A DNA stretch of 64,000 nucleotides, from assembly GCA_002435305.1 (NCBI GenBank), contig DJMH01000116.1:23913-87912 (forward strand), written 5' to 3'. The stretch comes from Dehalococcoidia bacterium UBA6495 (GTDB taxonomy: Bacteria; Chloroflexota; Dehalococcoidia; Lucifugimonadales; UBA826). Both the position numbers and the translations under genes were made by a program. Positions 37,736-48,292 of the stretch are shown here, piece by piece. The notes below the pieces were generated by a model. It searched no databases and was not told the DNA's origin. It saw only the letters and a list, made by a program, of their open reading frames with translations. Each line of letters starts with the position of its first letter. Within the stretch, counting starts at the first letter, position 1.

Positions 37736-40525
37736 TTGAAATTAAATCCAGTTATAGCCAACTTTCTTGCGAATCATCCTTATTTGATTTTAATAATAAC
37801 CTTGTTTCTGACCTTGATTTTGATTTCCCCTTTGTTTTTTGGAGCTCCCACAGAACAAGCTTCTTCTAATCCTCCAGGTGAAGTCTATGAACTTCAAGAA
37901 GAAATTAATGATAAATTTCCCACCCCTTTTCATTTTGCGAGTTTTGTGTTGGAGGCAAAAAAAGGCGATGTTCTGTCTCTGGAAGTGCTTTTGGAGTTGA
38001 AGTTAAATAGGGATCGTTTAATTGCATTAGATATTGAGGGTGAGTTATCTGTCACAGAAGAAGATAAACCAAATGGAACTTTAGAAAAACAATCATATCT
38101 TGCTAGCTATTATGATTTTGATCTAGGAACCCAAGTCAATGGGATCATTTCTGTTCTGGATACCGTTGAGGTTTTTCTTGCGACTCAAGGTTTGAATCTG
38201 GAATCTGCCAATGAGGAGCAGATAAAGATGGTTTTCCATCACATAATGTCTGATTCCCGTGTGGCTAGTGTAAAAGATTTGATTTCGACTCAAGCTTCTT
38301 CTACAAAGAAAGTTGTTTTAGGTCAAGAGATTGACTACTGGGTTGCTCCCGCAATGGTTTTTCATGTCATAGCGGATAATTCCAAACTTGGCGGAGCCGG
38401 TTTGGAGATCGGCCTAGGAGGAGGTCCAGATGTTATCAATAAGGAACATTTGAATCGAAATGTAGGTTTGGTTATGTCGGGTTCCAGCCAAAACTATGAA
38501 ATATGGGGAATCGCAATAGATGCAAATCTGGAATCACTGGACGAAGGAAAAACAGCAGGCATATTCATAATGTTTACAGCGATTGCTGCAGTTTTGGTAG
38601 TTGGGTTTAGCCTTGGTTCTTATTGGGCTACAGCGATCACTGGTGTTGGGATTGCGATATTGATGGTGTGGCTAAAGGGGTTTTCAGCCTTAATAGGTCT
38701 AAAAACCGGCTTGGTTATAGATCTAGTGGTTCCGATCGGAATGATTTCATTAGGCGTTGATTTTGTTGTACATGCAGTTCGCAGATACCGTGAGGAGTTA
38801 CTTCAAGGTAATAATCCTAAAGTTAGTTTCACATTGGGCTATGCCTCAGTTCTCGGGGCTCTTCTTCTGGCTATGGCGAGTGATAGTATCGCTTTCCTCT
38901 CGAATTTATCGTCCAATATTGAAGCTGTTATTCACTTCGGATGTGCTGCTGCCATCGCAGTGATAGCTTCTTTCTGGATTTTAGGTGTAGCCGCCCCACT
39001 TCTAACCATGAAAGTCGATCAACTGATTACTCAAAGTCGGTATGATTTTCAAACTAGAAGATGGTTCTTTTATCGAATCTTAGGTTCAATCCTTGTTGCC
39101 TCTGTATCGGGAACTTCAATAATTATGTTGGTGGCCGTGAGTAAGTCGATAGGGTTGGCACTTCTCGGAGGTTGCATTCTTTTACTCATTCTCTTACCTA
39201 TGTTTATTTTAGGGAGAAGTGGTTCTAATGTAGTTTTCGAAGATATGAAAAATATGGGAACGATAGCACCACGCCAAGACAGATTTGCCCAAATTGTTGC
39301 TAAAATCGTTACATACTCAGCTGCAAATGCGTTAAAAGTAATCATTTTAACCGTGCTGATAACCGCGTATTCTGTCTATTCTGCTTTACAGTTGACGCCT
39401 TCTTTTGATGTAAAAGATTTTTTTGATTCTGAATCAGATTTCGTGGTGGGATTGGATAAATTTGATGAATTCATAGCTGGAGGTGAGCCTGGAGTTACCT
39501 TTGTTAAAGGTGATTTGACAGACCCTACAGTTTATGACGATATAAATAACTATATTGAGAGCCTAAGGGGAATTGATTTTGTCGGTGAAACTCCAAGTGG
39601 AGACGTTACTTTTGGTCTGAATGCTCTTAATGTTTTGACTACGATAATGCATAACCCGTTTTCCGTCGCATCAATTGAGGAGGCTACCGGAGTAACAATT
39701 ACTGATTCCAATTCAAACGGTATTCCCGATACGAAACAACAGATAGCGACTATATTCGAATATTCTCTACTCAACGGTGTGTGGGGTGATGGTCAGAATT
39801 TGATGCTAAGACCTGATCAGATACAGGGTGCAGTATATTTCAGAAGGAATGAAGAAGCATTAACCACTATTCAGTTCCAGATTCCAGGTACTAGGGATCA
39901 GGCTGTTGTGACCGCTGCCCTTAAGGAAATTACTCCCTCAGTTCTGAAATTAGAAAATCACCCATCACTGTCTAAAGTGGCATTGACGGGATCAGCATTC
40001 CAACGAGAGGTTCAATTATCTGAGTCTACCCGCACTTTATACACTTCTCTTCCAATAGCTATAGTGGCTGCCACGATATTACTCTTAATAACCATGCGAT
40101 CGTTTCGGTATGCGATAGTCACAGTAATCCCCATTGGATTGGTTGTAGCTTGGCTTTATGGTGTTATGTATATGTTTGGATTTTCTCTCAATTTCGTGAC
40201 AGCTATGATAGGAGCGATTTCTATAGGAGTTGGAATTGATTATTCTATCCACATGACCATAAGGTTCCGAGAAGAATTGAACCGAAATGAATCAAAAATA
40301 TTAGCGGTTCAAAAAGCGGCGGGTGGAACCGGAGTCGCTTTGGTTGCCTCGGCAGCGTCAAGTATAGTCGGGTTCGCTATAATGGGGTTTGCCCCTATGC
40401 CTATGTTCGCTTCCTACGGTCAGCTGACCTCTCTAATGATATTTTTCGCTTTAATATCTTCCCTGGTGGTACTACCTGCTCTTCTAACGTTGGTCACACC
40501 AGAACAAACCAGAAAAGTAAAATAA
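37736..40525 (+). CDS. MMPL/RND-superfamily (SSD-type) membrane transporter
   Basis: 929 aa with two six-helix bundles (about aa 270-430 and 770-925), each preceded by a large extracytoplasmic domain. 'GVGIDYSIHMTIRFREE' is MMPL-like. Confidence 0.75.
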   Translation: MKLNPVIANFLANHPYLILIITLFLTLILISPLFFGAPTEQASSNPPGEVYELQEEINDKFPTPFHFASFVLEAKKGDVLSLEVLLELKLNRDRLIALDIEGELSVTEEDKPNGTLEKQSYLASYYDFDLGTQVNGIISVLDTVEVFLATQGLNLESANEEQIKMVFHHIMSDSRVASVKDLISTQASSTKKVVLGQEIDYWVAPAMVFHVIADNSKLGGAGLEIGLGGGPDVINKEHLNRNVGLVMSGSSQNYEIWGIAIDANLESLDEGKTAGIFIMFTAIAAVLVVGFSLGSYWATAITGVGIAILMVWLKGFSALIGLKTGLVIDLVVPIGMISLGVDFVVHAVRRYREELLQGNNPKVSFTLGYASVLGALLLAMASDSIAFLSNLSSNIEAVIHFGCAAAIAVIASFWILGVAAPLLTMKVDQLITQSRYDFQTRRWFFYRILGSILVASVSGTSIIMLVAVSKSIGLALLGGCILLLILLPMFILGRSGSNVVFEDMKNMGTIAPRQDRFAQIVAKIVTYSAANALKVIILTVLITAYSVYSALQLTPSFDVKDFFDSESDFVVGLDKFDEFIAGGEPGVTFVKGDLTDPTVYDDINNYIESLRGIDFVGETPSGDVTFGLNALNVLTTIMHNPFSVASIEEATGVTITDSNSNGIPDTKQQIATIFEYSLLNGVWGDGQNLMLRPDQIQGAVYFRRNEEALTTIQFQIPGTRDQAVVTAALKEITPSVLKLENHPSLSKVALTGSAFQREVQLSESTRTLYTSLPIAIVAATILLLITMRSFRYAIVTVIPIGLVVAWLYGVMYMFGFSLNFVTAMIGAISIGVGIDYSIHMTIRFREELNRNESKILAVQKAAGGTGVALVASAASSIVGFAIMGFAPMPMFASYGQLTSLMIFFALISSLVVLPALLTLVTPEQTRKVK

Positions 40526-40537
40526 CCTGGAATAAAA

Positions 40538-42982
40538 TTAGTTCAGTACGACGTATGTAGCTCCATCCTCACCTAATGCATCAGGCTCTGAACCGAAGCT
40601 ATTAACCAGGGGATGCCCTTCCAAAGACTCTCGTATTACTTTTCTTAGAGCACCTGTCCCTTTTCCATGGATAATGAATACTTTACTCAAACCATTTTTC
40701 AGAGATTCGTCTAAGAAGGTTTCCATAATCTGCAATGAAGGCTCTGCTCTCATGCCTCTTATGTCTACTTTATTACTGTATGAATTATGTTCAATAAGAC
40801 TTGTATTGTGGCCTAATCTGGTTGACTCAGCAGGAGCGGGGGCTTTATCTTCAGACGTACCTTTATTTAATCTTGAAATGTCGACATCCATTCTGAGATT
40901 GCCGATTTTCAGTTCTGCGATCTGAGTTAATTGATTGTATTTGGTGATTACACCCGTTAGATTCAACCCTCTCACAGTGACCGAGTCACCGGTCTGGAAT
41001 TCCTCATTGTTGGGTTTCTGGATAGTAGAGTCGGGTTTCTCAATTCGTAGACTCTTTAATTTTTTTTCAGTTTCATCTATGTTTTGCTTAATGCTATCTG
41101 GGTTGTCATTGGTATGTTTCACCCAGGAATAGGCCATTTGAGCTTTTTTCAGAAGAGTTTCAATATCCTTATATTTTTCTTCGGCAGTGTGATGGATTGA
41201 ATCTAATATCCTTTGCCTATTCTGGATTAGGTAATCTATTTGTTCATTTAACTCAGATCTTATAGATTCAACTTCTTTATACTGGCTTTCGATTTCGCCC
41301 ATTGTTTCTGAAATTCTGTTCTTTTCATCGGTTATTGTTGTGATCCAATTTGATATTTCTTTAAACTCCGCAGATAGGTATTTATTTGCCTTCTTAACTA
41401 TTTCGTCTTTTAATCCTAATCTTGTTGCAACCGCCATAGCATAGCTTTGTCCAGGTAAGCCTAGAACCATTTTGTAGGTTGGTTTCAAATCTTTAGGGTC
41501 TAACTGAAAACTTGCATTCCTCATTCTGTCGTCTGATTCGGCCATTAGGGTAACTGTGTTGTGATGAGTGGTAATTAACGCCTGAATTTTGTTCTCCGCT
41601 AAATACTCTAAAACCGCTTTGGCTATTGCGGATCCTTCCTCAGGATCTGTACTGGAGCCTACCTCATCTAAAAGTAGTAGGGACTGGGAAGAACAATTAT
41701 CCAAAATATCATTAATGTTCTTAATGTGGGAACTGAATGTGGATACTGAATTCGTTATACTCTGCTGGTCTCCGATATCTGCATATATACCGTCGAAAAC
41801 CGGAAGTTCGCTGCCTGCAGCAGCGGGTATTTGTATACCAGATTGGTTCATGGCGGCCAGAAGTCCAACGGTCTTGATCGCTACAGTTTTACCGCCAGCG
41901 TTTGGGCCGGTTATGACTAAAACAGTCCAGTTCGGACTCATTTGCAATGATAAGGGGACTCCATTCTCACCCAGCATAGGGTGACGAGCATCAATAAGAT
42001 TTATTGCCTCTTTCTGACCGGAATGCCCACCTATTTCATCATCTGTTTCTAACCCACTTAATGAAATACTGTATTTTGATTTAGCGATAACAAAATCTAA
42101 GTTTGCGGCACTTGTAATGCCTGAATTTATCTCATGCGATAATGATCCGACCTGTGAAGACAAATCGTGGAGAACTTTTTGGACTTCACGCTCTTCTTCC
42201 AATGTGAATTCTCTCCAAGAATTACATAAACTGACTGTTTTGAAAGGTTCGATAAATAAGGTCATACCTGTGTTGGATGCATCATGGACGATGCCAGGTA
42301 CACGGCTTCGCATATTTGATTTTACTTGTACCACCAAGCGATCTCCTCGGACAGATATCACATCATCTTGAATTGTTCCTAACAGTTCTGATTCGGAGAT
42401 AATAGATTCAAGTGCACCGGTGACTCGAGAGTATGATTCTCTGACTTGTCGTCGAATATTACCAAGGTTAGGTGTTGCACTATCCAACACCAAACCGGTG
42501 CCGGCAATTTTTGATGTGATCGAGAATGCGAGATAGGAGAGATCAGGTATTTCTTTTGCCAGCTCCAATAAAACCGGTAATTCCCCTGGGTACTCCATTA
42601 GGGTATTTTTAGCATTGGATAGGGCCTCGATAGTATTTGCGATTATCAGGAGTTCCTGTCCTGTTAAGATGCCTCCCAAGTCGGCTATTTTTATGCTATC
42701 CCCATGGTCTTTAATTCCTCGCAGTGAAAAAACCCCGGTGTTTGAAATCAACCTTATCCCTTCTTCTGTCTCAACTTGCAGTTGAGAAACTGTTGGTTGG
42801 AAATATGAAGGGAACATTCCATTAACTATTTTTCTGGACCCAGAGAAAGTACAGAAATCGCCTAATTTCTGTCTGACGAAGTCATAGTCAACCAAATCTA
42901 GACTTCTGGACAGGATTTGTTTTTTTCTATAGGACTGATCGGGCTCTGTACTTCGTTTTATAGCCAATGGTTTATGCCGCAT
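40538..42982 (-). CDS. mutS2: Endonuclease MutS2 (MutS domain V ATPase plus C-terminal Smr)
   Basis: Walker A 'GPNAGGKT', 'LLLDEVGSSTDPEEG', and Smr 'VDIRGMRAE...IIHGKGTGALR'. Start is moved to Met-77 (42982), which removes the overlap with divergent thrB. Confidence 0.9.
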   Translation of the reverse strand: MRHKPLAIKRSTEPDQSYRKKQILSRSLDLVDYDFVRQKLGDFCTFSGSRKIVNGMFPSYFQPTVSQLQVETEEGIRLISNTGVFSLRGIKDHGDSIKIADLGGILTGQELLIIANTIEALSNAKNTLMEYPGELPVLLELAKEIPDLSYLAFSITSKIAGTGLVLDSATPNLGNIRRQVRESYSRVTGALESIISESELLGTIQDDVISVRGDRLVVQVKSNMRSRVPGIVHDASNTGMTLFIEPFKTVSLCNSWREFTLEEEREVQKVLHDLSSQVGSLSHEINSGITSAANLDFVIAKSKYSISLSGLETDDEIGGHSGQKEAINLIDARHPMLGENGVPLSLQMSPNWTVLVITGPNAGGKTVAIKTVGLLAAMNQSGIQIPAAAGSELPVFDGIYADIGDQQSITNSVSTFSSHIKNINDILDNCSSQSLLLLDEVGSSTDPEEGSAIAKAVLEYLAENKIQALITTHHNTVTLMAESDDRMRNASFQLDPKDLKPTYKMVLGLPGQSYAMAVATRLGLKDEIVKKANKYLSAEFKEISNWITTITDEKNRISETMGEIESQYKEVESIRSELNEQIDYLIQNRQRILDSIHHTAEEKYKDIETLLKKAQMAYSWVKHTNDNPDSIKQNIDETEKKLKSLRIEKPDSTIQKPNNEEFQTGDSVTVRGLNLTGVITKYNQLTQIAELKIGNLRMDVDISRLNKGTSEDKAPAPAESTRLGHNTSLIEHNSYSNKVDIRGMRAEPSLQIMETFLDESLKNGLSKVFIIHGKGTGALRKVIRESLEGHPLVNSFGSEPDALGEDGATYVVLN

Positions 42983-43063
42983 AGGTGTATAGATCGGATC
43001 ATATTCTGCTATTTTATCAGCACTGATATGTATAGTTATGAATGATATAATCTTTGGATTGAA

Positions 43064-43966
43064 ATGAATGAGAACATTGTAGTAAAAGTGCCGGCAACTT
43101 CCGCAAATATGGGACCAGGTTTTGACTGCCTTGGGATCGCCCTTAATGTTTGGAACGAAGTAAAAGTTAGCAAAGGCCCTTTTTCCATTAAAGTAATTGG
43201 GAAAGGGCAAGATGAATTACCTACCGACGATAACAATTTGGTCTATAAAAGTTTCCGCAAGGTATTTGAGAAAATTGGCGAAACTGTCCCTGAAGTCAGG
43301 TTGGAATGCACTAATGGGATACCATTGACCCGTGGCATGGGTAGTAGCTCTGCTGCATTAATAGGTGGTTTGATGAGCGGGAACGCTATGGCAGGATTTC
43401 CACTCTCTACTCCAGAGATGCTGAGAATGGGGGCGGAGATTGAAAAACATCCCGATAATGTTGCGCCTGCCTTGTTGGGTGGAGTTCAAATTGGGATTTA
43501 CGACCAAGGAGAATTAGTCACCGCTAGGGTTCCGTTTCCGGAAGATATTAACGTTGTTTTGTACGTTCCTTGCCAAACAATGCCAACGGACCAGGCAAGA
43601 AATATACTGCCTCCAGAAATACAAAGAAAAGACGCCATTTATAATATCGGAAGAGCAGCTCTGTTAGTCCAATGCTTGATGACAGGAGATTTGGGTAATC
43701 TTAAGTATGCTACCCAAGATATGCTTCATCAACCTGATCGGCAAAAACAATTTTTCCCTATGAAAAATATTATTAGCGCTGCTATGGCATCAGGCGCATT
43801 GGGTGCTTTTTTATCTGGTGCTGGTAGTTCAATAATGGCCCTTACTAAAGGTAGAGAATATACGATCGGCTATGAAATGGCTGATGCTGGTATGAAATCT
43901 GGTCTTGACGGAGAGATTGTTTTCACGTCCCCTACTGCTAGGGGCGCATATATAGAAAAAGATTAA
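43064..43966 (+). CDS. thrB: Homoserine kinase
   Basis: 'VKVPATSANMGPGFDCLGIAL' and 'GMGSSSAALIGG' GHMP kinase motifs. Confidence 0.95.
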   Translation: MNENIVVKVPATSANMGPGFDCLGIALNVWNEVKVSKGPFSIKVIGKGQDELPTDDNNLVYKSFRKVFEKIGETVPEVRLECTNGIPLTRGMGSSSAALIGGLMSGNAMAGFPLSTPEMLRMGAEIEKHPDNVAPALLGGVQIGIYDQGELVTARVPFPEDINVVLYVPCQTMPTDQARNILPPEIQRKDAIYNIGRAALLVQCLMTGDLGNLKYATQDMLHQPDRQKQFFPMKNIISAAMASGALGAFLSGAGSSIMALTKGREYTIGYEMADAGMKSGLDGEIVFTSPTARGAYIEKD

Positions 43967-43975
43967 AGGATTAAC

Positions 43976-45208
43976 TTGTCGCTCGTAGTACAGAAATACG
44001 GTGGATCATCCTTAGCTACCCCTGAGTTGATTAAAAGTGTAGCTGCAAGAATACGATCGGCACATGACACGGAAGGAAATGTGGTTGCAACTGTTTCCGC
44101 CATGGGTGACTCCACGGATAAGCTATTGTCTATTGCTTCCAAGGTATCAGAAATGCCTGATTTGAGGGAGCTCGATGTGTTGCTATCGACGGGGGAACTT
44201 CAATCGTGTGCGTTGGTTGCTATGGCCCTTAAATCTATGGGTAAAAGGGCTGTTAGCCTAAGCGGTGCTCAGGCCGGAATTCGGACTGATTCTTCTTATG
44301 GAAAAGCTAAAATCGCCGGTATAGATACTGGCAGGATTAATGAGGAGTTAGAGAAAGGGAATATAGTAATTGTTGCAGGATTTCAAGGGGTGACCGGTGA
44401 TAGTGACATTACAACATTGGGAAGGGGGGCATCAGATTTAACTGCTGTGGCTTTAGCTGCGGGGCTAAATGCTGATCGTTGTGAGATTTATACTGACGTA
44501 GAGGGAATATATACCGCCGATCCTCGTTTAGTCTCAGATGCTAGGAAAATGACTCAGGTTGGATTTGAAGAAATGCTGGAATTGGCGAGTTATGGTGCCA
44601 AAATGAATCCTCGTTCAATTGAATTGGGTATGGTTTACCAGGTGCCAATATTAGTTGCTTCAAGTTTTAATAATGAACCAGGTACTTTAATTCATGATGG
44701 AGACAATATGGATACTACGGTTGGGGAGATACGAAATAGAGTAAGAGGTATAGCTACAGACAAAGATGTTGCCAAAATAACGGTTTTTTCGGTGGTTGAT
44801 AGACCGGGTATTGCAGCGGCACTATTTGATCCTTTGGCTGAATCTGATATTAGCGTAGATATCATAGTGCAAAACGCTAGTGTATCAGGTACCACAGACT
44901 TGACTTTCACGATAAAACAGTCTGATTTAGATAGAGCTATGAAAGTGGTTGAGGAAGTCGCCCGGGATCTTGGTACGACTAATGTTGGCAAAGCTGAAAA
45001 TCTGGCCAAAATTAGTATAGTTGGGACTGGTATGCAAGATTCTCCTGGGTATGCCTCGACTATGTTTAGGTCTCTTGCCGAGGCTAAGATTAACATCGAA
45101 ATGATTACCACCTCGGAAATTAGGATTACCTGCATAATTGAATCGGATCAGGTAGCAAAAGCAGCGGAGGTACTGCATGCAGCGTTTGAGTTGGAGAAAT
45201 CTGATTAA
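43976..45208 (+). CDS. lysC: Aspartate kinase
   Basis: 'VVQKYGGSSLATPE', 'TLGRGASDLTA', and C-terminal tandem ACT domains. TTG start. Confidence 0.95.
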   Translation: MSLVVQKYGGSSLATPELIKSVAARIRSAHDTEGNVVATVSAMGDSTDKLLSIASKVSEMPDLRELDVLLSTGELQSCALVAMALKSMGKRAVSLSGAQAGIRTDSSYGKAKIAGIDTGRINEELEKGNIVIVAGFQGVTGDSDITTLGRGASDLTAVALAAGLNADRCEIYTDVEGIYTADPRLVSDARKMTQVGFEEMLELASYGAKMNPRSIELGMVYQVPILVASSFNNEPGTLIHDGDNMDTTVGEIRNRVRGIATDKDVAKITVFSVVDRPGIAAALFDPLAESDISVDIIVQNASVSGTTDLTFTIKQSDLDRAMKVVEEVARDLGTTNVGKAENLAKISIVGTGMQDSPGYASTMFRSLAEAKINIEMITTSEIRITCIIESDQVAKAAEVLHAAFELEKSD

Positions 45209-45231
45209 ATCAAAACTTATTTGTTAATGAA

Positions 45232-45954
45232 GTGACTGATATTCATCTTTCCATAGTGATTCCTACCTATAATGAATCCCATGGGATAAAACAGACTCTT
45301 GACGCTATTTATGAATATCTTGGTGATCAAAATTATTCCTATGAAGTTATATTGTGTGACGATGGTAGTTATGATTTAACCACCAGGATAGCGAAGGAAT
45401 TCTTTGGGGGGAAAAGCAATTTTCAAATCCTATCCCTTTCTCATAAAGGAAAAGGATCAGCTGTGAAGACAGGAATGGTGACTGCCCGGGGCCAGTACAG
45501 GTTTATGTGTGATGCTGATCTGGCCATGCCATTGGATCAAATTGAAAGGTTCCTCAAAGAAATAACGAACGGGTGCGATATTGCGATTGGATCAAGAGAA
45601 TTAAGCGACTCAAAAAGATTTGGTGAGCCCATGCTTCGCTATTTTGCAGGCAGGGTTTTTAATTTATTTGTAAAATTTGTCGCTATAAGAAAATATCAAG
45701 ACACTCAATGCGGTTTTAAATGTTTTTCCTCTGAGGCCGCCGATAAAATTTTTCCATTGGTCAGGACTAACGGTTGGGCATTTGATGTGGAGGTTTTATT
45801 GTTGGCTGACAGGTATGGGTTTTCAGTCTCTCAGGTACCAATTGATTGGCGTCATGGAAAAAAAAGTAAAGTCGATCTCAGGTCGGCAGCCCTGCAGATG
45901 ATAAGGGACATATTTCTTACGAGAGTCAGATTATTGATGTCGCATAGGAAGTGA
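45232..45954 (+). CDS. GT2 glycosyltransferase (dolichyl/polyprenyl-phosphate beta-glucosyltransferase-like)
   Basis: 'LSIVIPTYNES', 'CDDGSYD', 'MCDADL'. Confidence 0.8.
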   Translation: MTDIHLSIVIPTYNESHGIKQTLDAIYEYLGDQNYSYEVILCDDGSYDLTTRIAKEFFGGKSNFQILSLSHKGKGSAVKTGMVTARGQYRFMCDADLAMPLDQIERFLKEITNGCDIAIGSRELSDSKRFGEPMLRYFAGRVFNLFVKFVAIRKYQDTQCGFKCFSSEAADKIFPLVRTNGWAFDVEVLLLADRYGFSVSQVPIDWRHGKKSKVDLRSAALQMIRDIFLTRVRLLMSHRK

Positions 45955-45992
45955 AGTTTCACAAATAAATGAAGCTAATTTGGGAATAGAAG

Positions 45993-46757
45993 ATGAATGT
46001 TAATCAAGTTCCTGTTTACGTGGTCATACCCACATACAATGAAGCTCAAAGCATACCGGTCCTGTTGAAGGAAATTCTTGAACTGGGAATAAAAAATATT
46101 AATATCTTAATTGTTGACGATAATTCACCAGACGGCACCGCCAAAGTGGCTCGATGCTATGCCCGTAATAATGAACTTTCTGTTTCAATATTAAGTCGCC
46201 CTACCAAAAAAGGTTTGGGTTCCGCATACGTTGAAGGATTTAAAGAGGTATTGCTGGGACTTTCTGAAGAGGAAGTTTTCGTTGTGCAAATGGATGCAGA
46301 TATGTCTCACAACCCTAGTTATCTACCGGGCATGATTGAACTGCTTGCCAGAAATGATGTCGTAGTAGGGTCCCGCTATTGTCAAGAAGGAGGATCTGAT
46401 GAGAAATGGAGTGTATATCGAAAAGGGTTAAGTGCCGGCGGTAATCGGGCGATTCGGTTTGTCTCTGGGTTGAAAGTGAATGATTGTACTTCTGGGTTTA
46501 AGATTTTTAGAGCTCACGTTCTAAAAGATATTTTTTGGGATGAAATCCGGTGTTCTGGATTTGGATTTCAAATTGAAATTGCCATGCAGTGTGAGAATCA
46601 TGGCTTTAGAATTCAAGAATACCCGATAATTTTTAATGATCGGGTATCTGGGGATTCAAAGATGTCCATTGCAATAGTGTTAGAAGCAATATTTAAGATA
46701 ATTTGTGAAAGATTCAAAATTTTCAAAGTTATTAAGTTCCTGAAACCCAACACATAG
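45993..46757 (+). CDS. GT2 polyprenol-monophosphomannose synthase (Dpm1/Ppm1-like)
   Basis: 'YVVIPTYNEAQSI', 'VDDNSPDGT', 'MDADMSHNP', 'SGFKIFR'. Confidence 0.8.
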   Translation: MNVNQVPVYVVIPTYNEAQSIPVLLKEILELGIKNINILIVDDNSPDGTAKVARCYARNNELSVSILSRPTKKGLGSAYVEGFKEVLLGLSEEEVFVVQMDADMSHNPSYLPGMIELLARNDVVVGSRYCQEGGSDEKWSVYRKGLSAGGNRAIRFVSGLKVNDCTSGFKIFRAHVLKDIFWDEIRCSGFGFQIEIAMQCENHGFRIQEYPIIFNDRVSGDSKMSIAIVLEAIFKIICERFKIFKVIKFLKPNT

Positions 46758-46845
46758 CTCGAAGTTTGCTGCGATTATGGGTTCAAAATATATTGCACTG
46801 ACAAAAACACCCTGATTAGAATGCCCTCATGAAATCAAAAGATGA

Positions 46846-47898
46846 GTGGAAAGGGTGAGTGAAGTGAATGCAAAAGAATTATCTTCTATTTTAAGTCTTA
46901 GAAAAGAAAAATCTAAAGAATCCGATCAACTGATGCATTACGGTCTTTTTCAAGAGGCGGTGGATGTGAATGTAACCATGATTGATATCAATCATGGTGA
47001 TCAAAAGGCATATAACAGACTTGGAGATGCTCTACTCAAGATAGGGAAAAGTGCGGAAGCCCATGATGCTTACCAATCCTCTATTTTCCTAGAAAAGACG
47101 AAGAAGGAAAACACAAAAATCGCGGTAGATAGTGCCATGCGATCTGATTGGAACAAAGCTATTCAAATCAATTCTGACATCATCGACAGATTTCCGTGGG
47201 ATCTAGAACCATATAATCGACTTGGAAAAGCTTTGAGTGAAAAGGGACAAAATAAAAAGGCTATCCAGGCTTTCCGGTGTGCTCTTGTCATTTCCCCTAA
47301 CAGCCCGATAGCCAAAAAAAATATGAAACGCCTAGAGAAAACTTCTGGGTTTAAATCAAGTATGACCATTTCAGCTACAACACCAGAAAGGTCGTTTATT
47401 GAGGAGACAGGTCGCACGGGGGTAACGAAATTAGTAAATATCCCCCGAAGTTTTAATGTGACTGATTTGATTGCGGGACATAGCGTAGATTTGATCTCAG
47501 TAGAAAGAGGTATGAGGATATTGGATAGAAAAGGGGTGGAAATCGGTAGTATAGAACCAAAGCTTGCCCTAAGACTGAAAAAATTAGCGGAGGGAGGGAA
47601 TACTTATTCTGCAAATATAACAAGCGCAGGAGAAGACGGTGTTACTGTTATTATTAGAGAAACGTATAGGCATCCATCTCAATCCAATAAGTCCTCATTT
47701 CCCGCCAAATCCAGCGTTTTGGTAGATGTTCCTATGGCAGCTCTGGGTTATGGACTCAACGACGCAGGCAAACTAGCACACCTCAAGGATTGGTCTGATG
47801 ATGATACAGAATCTGGAGACGACGAGGTGTTTTCACCTTTGATTCCAAAAATTTTGTCTGGTGAGTCACCCTTGGATGGTCAGGGTATATTGGACTGA
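46846..47898 (+). CDS. TPR-repeat protein with uncharacterised C-terminal domain and acidic tail
   Basis: TPR-like units ('AYNRLGDALLKIGKSAEAHDAYQSSI', 'PYNRLGKALSEKGQNKKAIQAFRCAL'). The C-terminal half is unassigned. Confidence 0.6.
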   Translation: MERVSEVNAKELSSILSLRKEKSKESDQLMHYGLFQEAVDVNVTMIDINHGDQKAYNRLGDALLKIGKSAEAHDAYQSSIFLEKTKKENTKIAVDSAMRSDWNKAIQINSDIIDRFPWDLEPYNRLGKALSEKGQNKKAIQAFRCALVISPNSPIAKKNMKRLEKTSGFKSSMTISATTPERSFIEETGRTGVTKLVNIPRSFNVTDLIAGHSVDLISVERGMRILDRKGVEIGSIEPKLALRLKKLAEGGNTYSANITSAGEDGVTVIIRETYRHPSQSNKSSFPAKSSVLVDVPMAALGYGLNDAGKLAHLKDWSDDDTESGDDEVFSPLIPKILSGESPLDGQGILD

Positions 47899-47912
47899 AT
47901 TTAGACACACCA

Positions 47913-48161
47913 TTATTCGATAACATCCAGTGTTCGATAATAAAGTCCCCACTTTTGCATTAGTGCCGCTATCTGTGTGTTTTCTATGCTGGTAAGATCC
48001 TCAAAAAAACCAGAGATTGCATGAGCGTCTATATTTTCCTTGCTACACACCCAACTTGACTCACTAGGGACTATGTATATTACTCCACCGTGGTGCTCGC
48101 ATGTGAGGGTGATACGTTTTCCTTCGGAGGCATCCTTTATTGTGATTCCATATGTGCTCAT
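47913..48161 (-). CDS. Small hypothetical protein (82 aa)
   Basis: ORF only, with no recognisable motif. Convergent with the TPR gene. Confidence 0.35.
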   Translation of the reverse strand: MSTYGITIKDASEGKRITLTCEHHGGVIYIVPSESSWVCSKENIDAHAISGFFEDLTSIENTQIAALMQKWGLYYRTLDVIE

Positions 48162-48226
48162 CTTCCTTCCTTACGGCTTTGTTTCTGCTGTTTAGCAGGC
48201 CCACTTAAGTAATTAAAAAAACTGAC

Positions 48227-48235
48227 TGATATAAT
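48227..48235 (+). promoter_or_regulatory. Extended -10 element (TGATATAAT) upstream of the MBL gene
   Basis: TG-n-TATAAT read at 48227-48235, 58 nt upstream of ATG 48293. AGGAGG precedes the start codon. Confidence 0.4.
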
Positions 48236-48292
48236 CCTATTGCCTACTAAGGCACCGTAAATTTTAATATAAAAAAAATCTAGGAGGGAATA

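Noticed and set aside
42983-43210. A 76-aa N-terminal extension of MutS2 appears in the ORF track (MPFPNYFNGKRAFANFY...).
   Set aside because: It overlaps the divergent thrB gene, has non-protein-like composition, and MutS2 homology begins only after Met-77. The start was moved to 42982.
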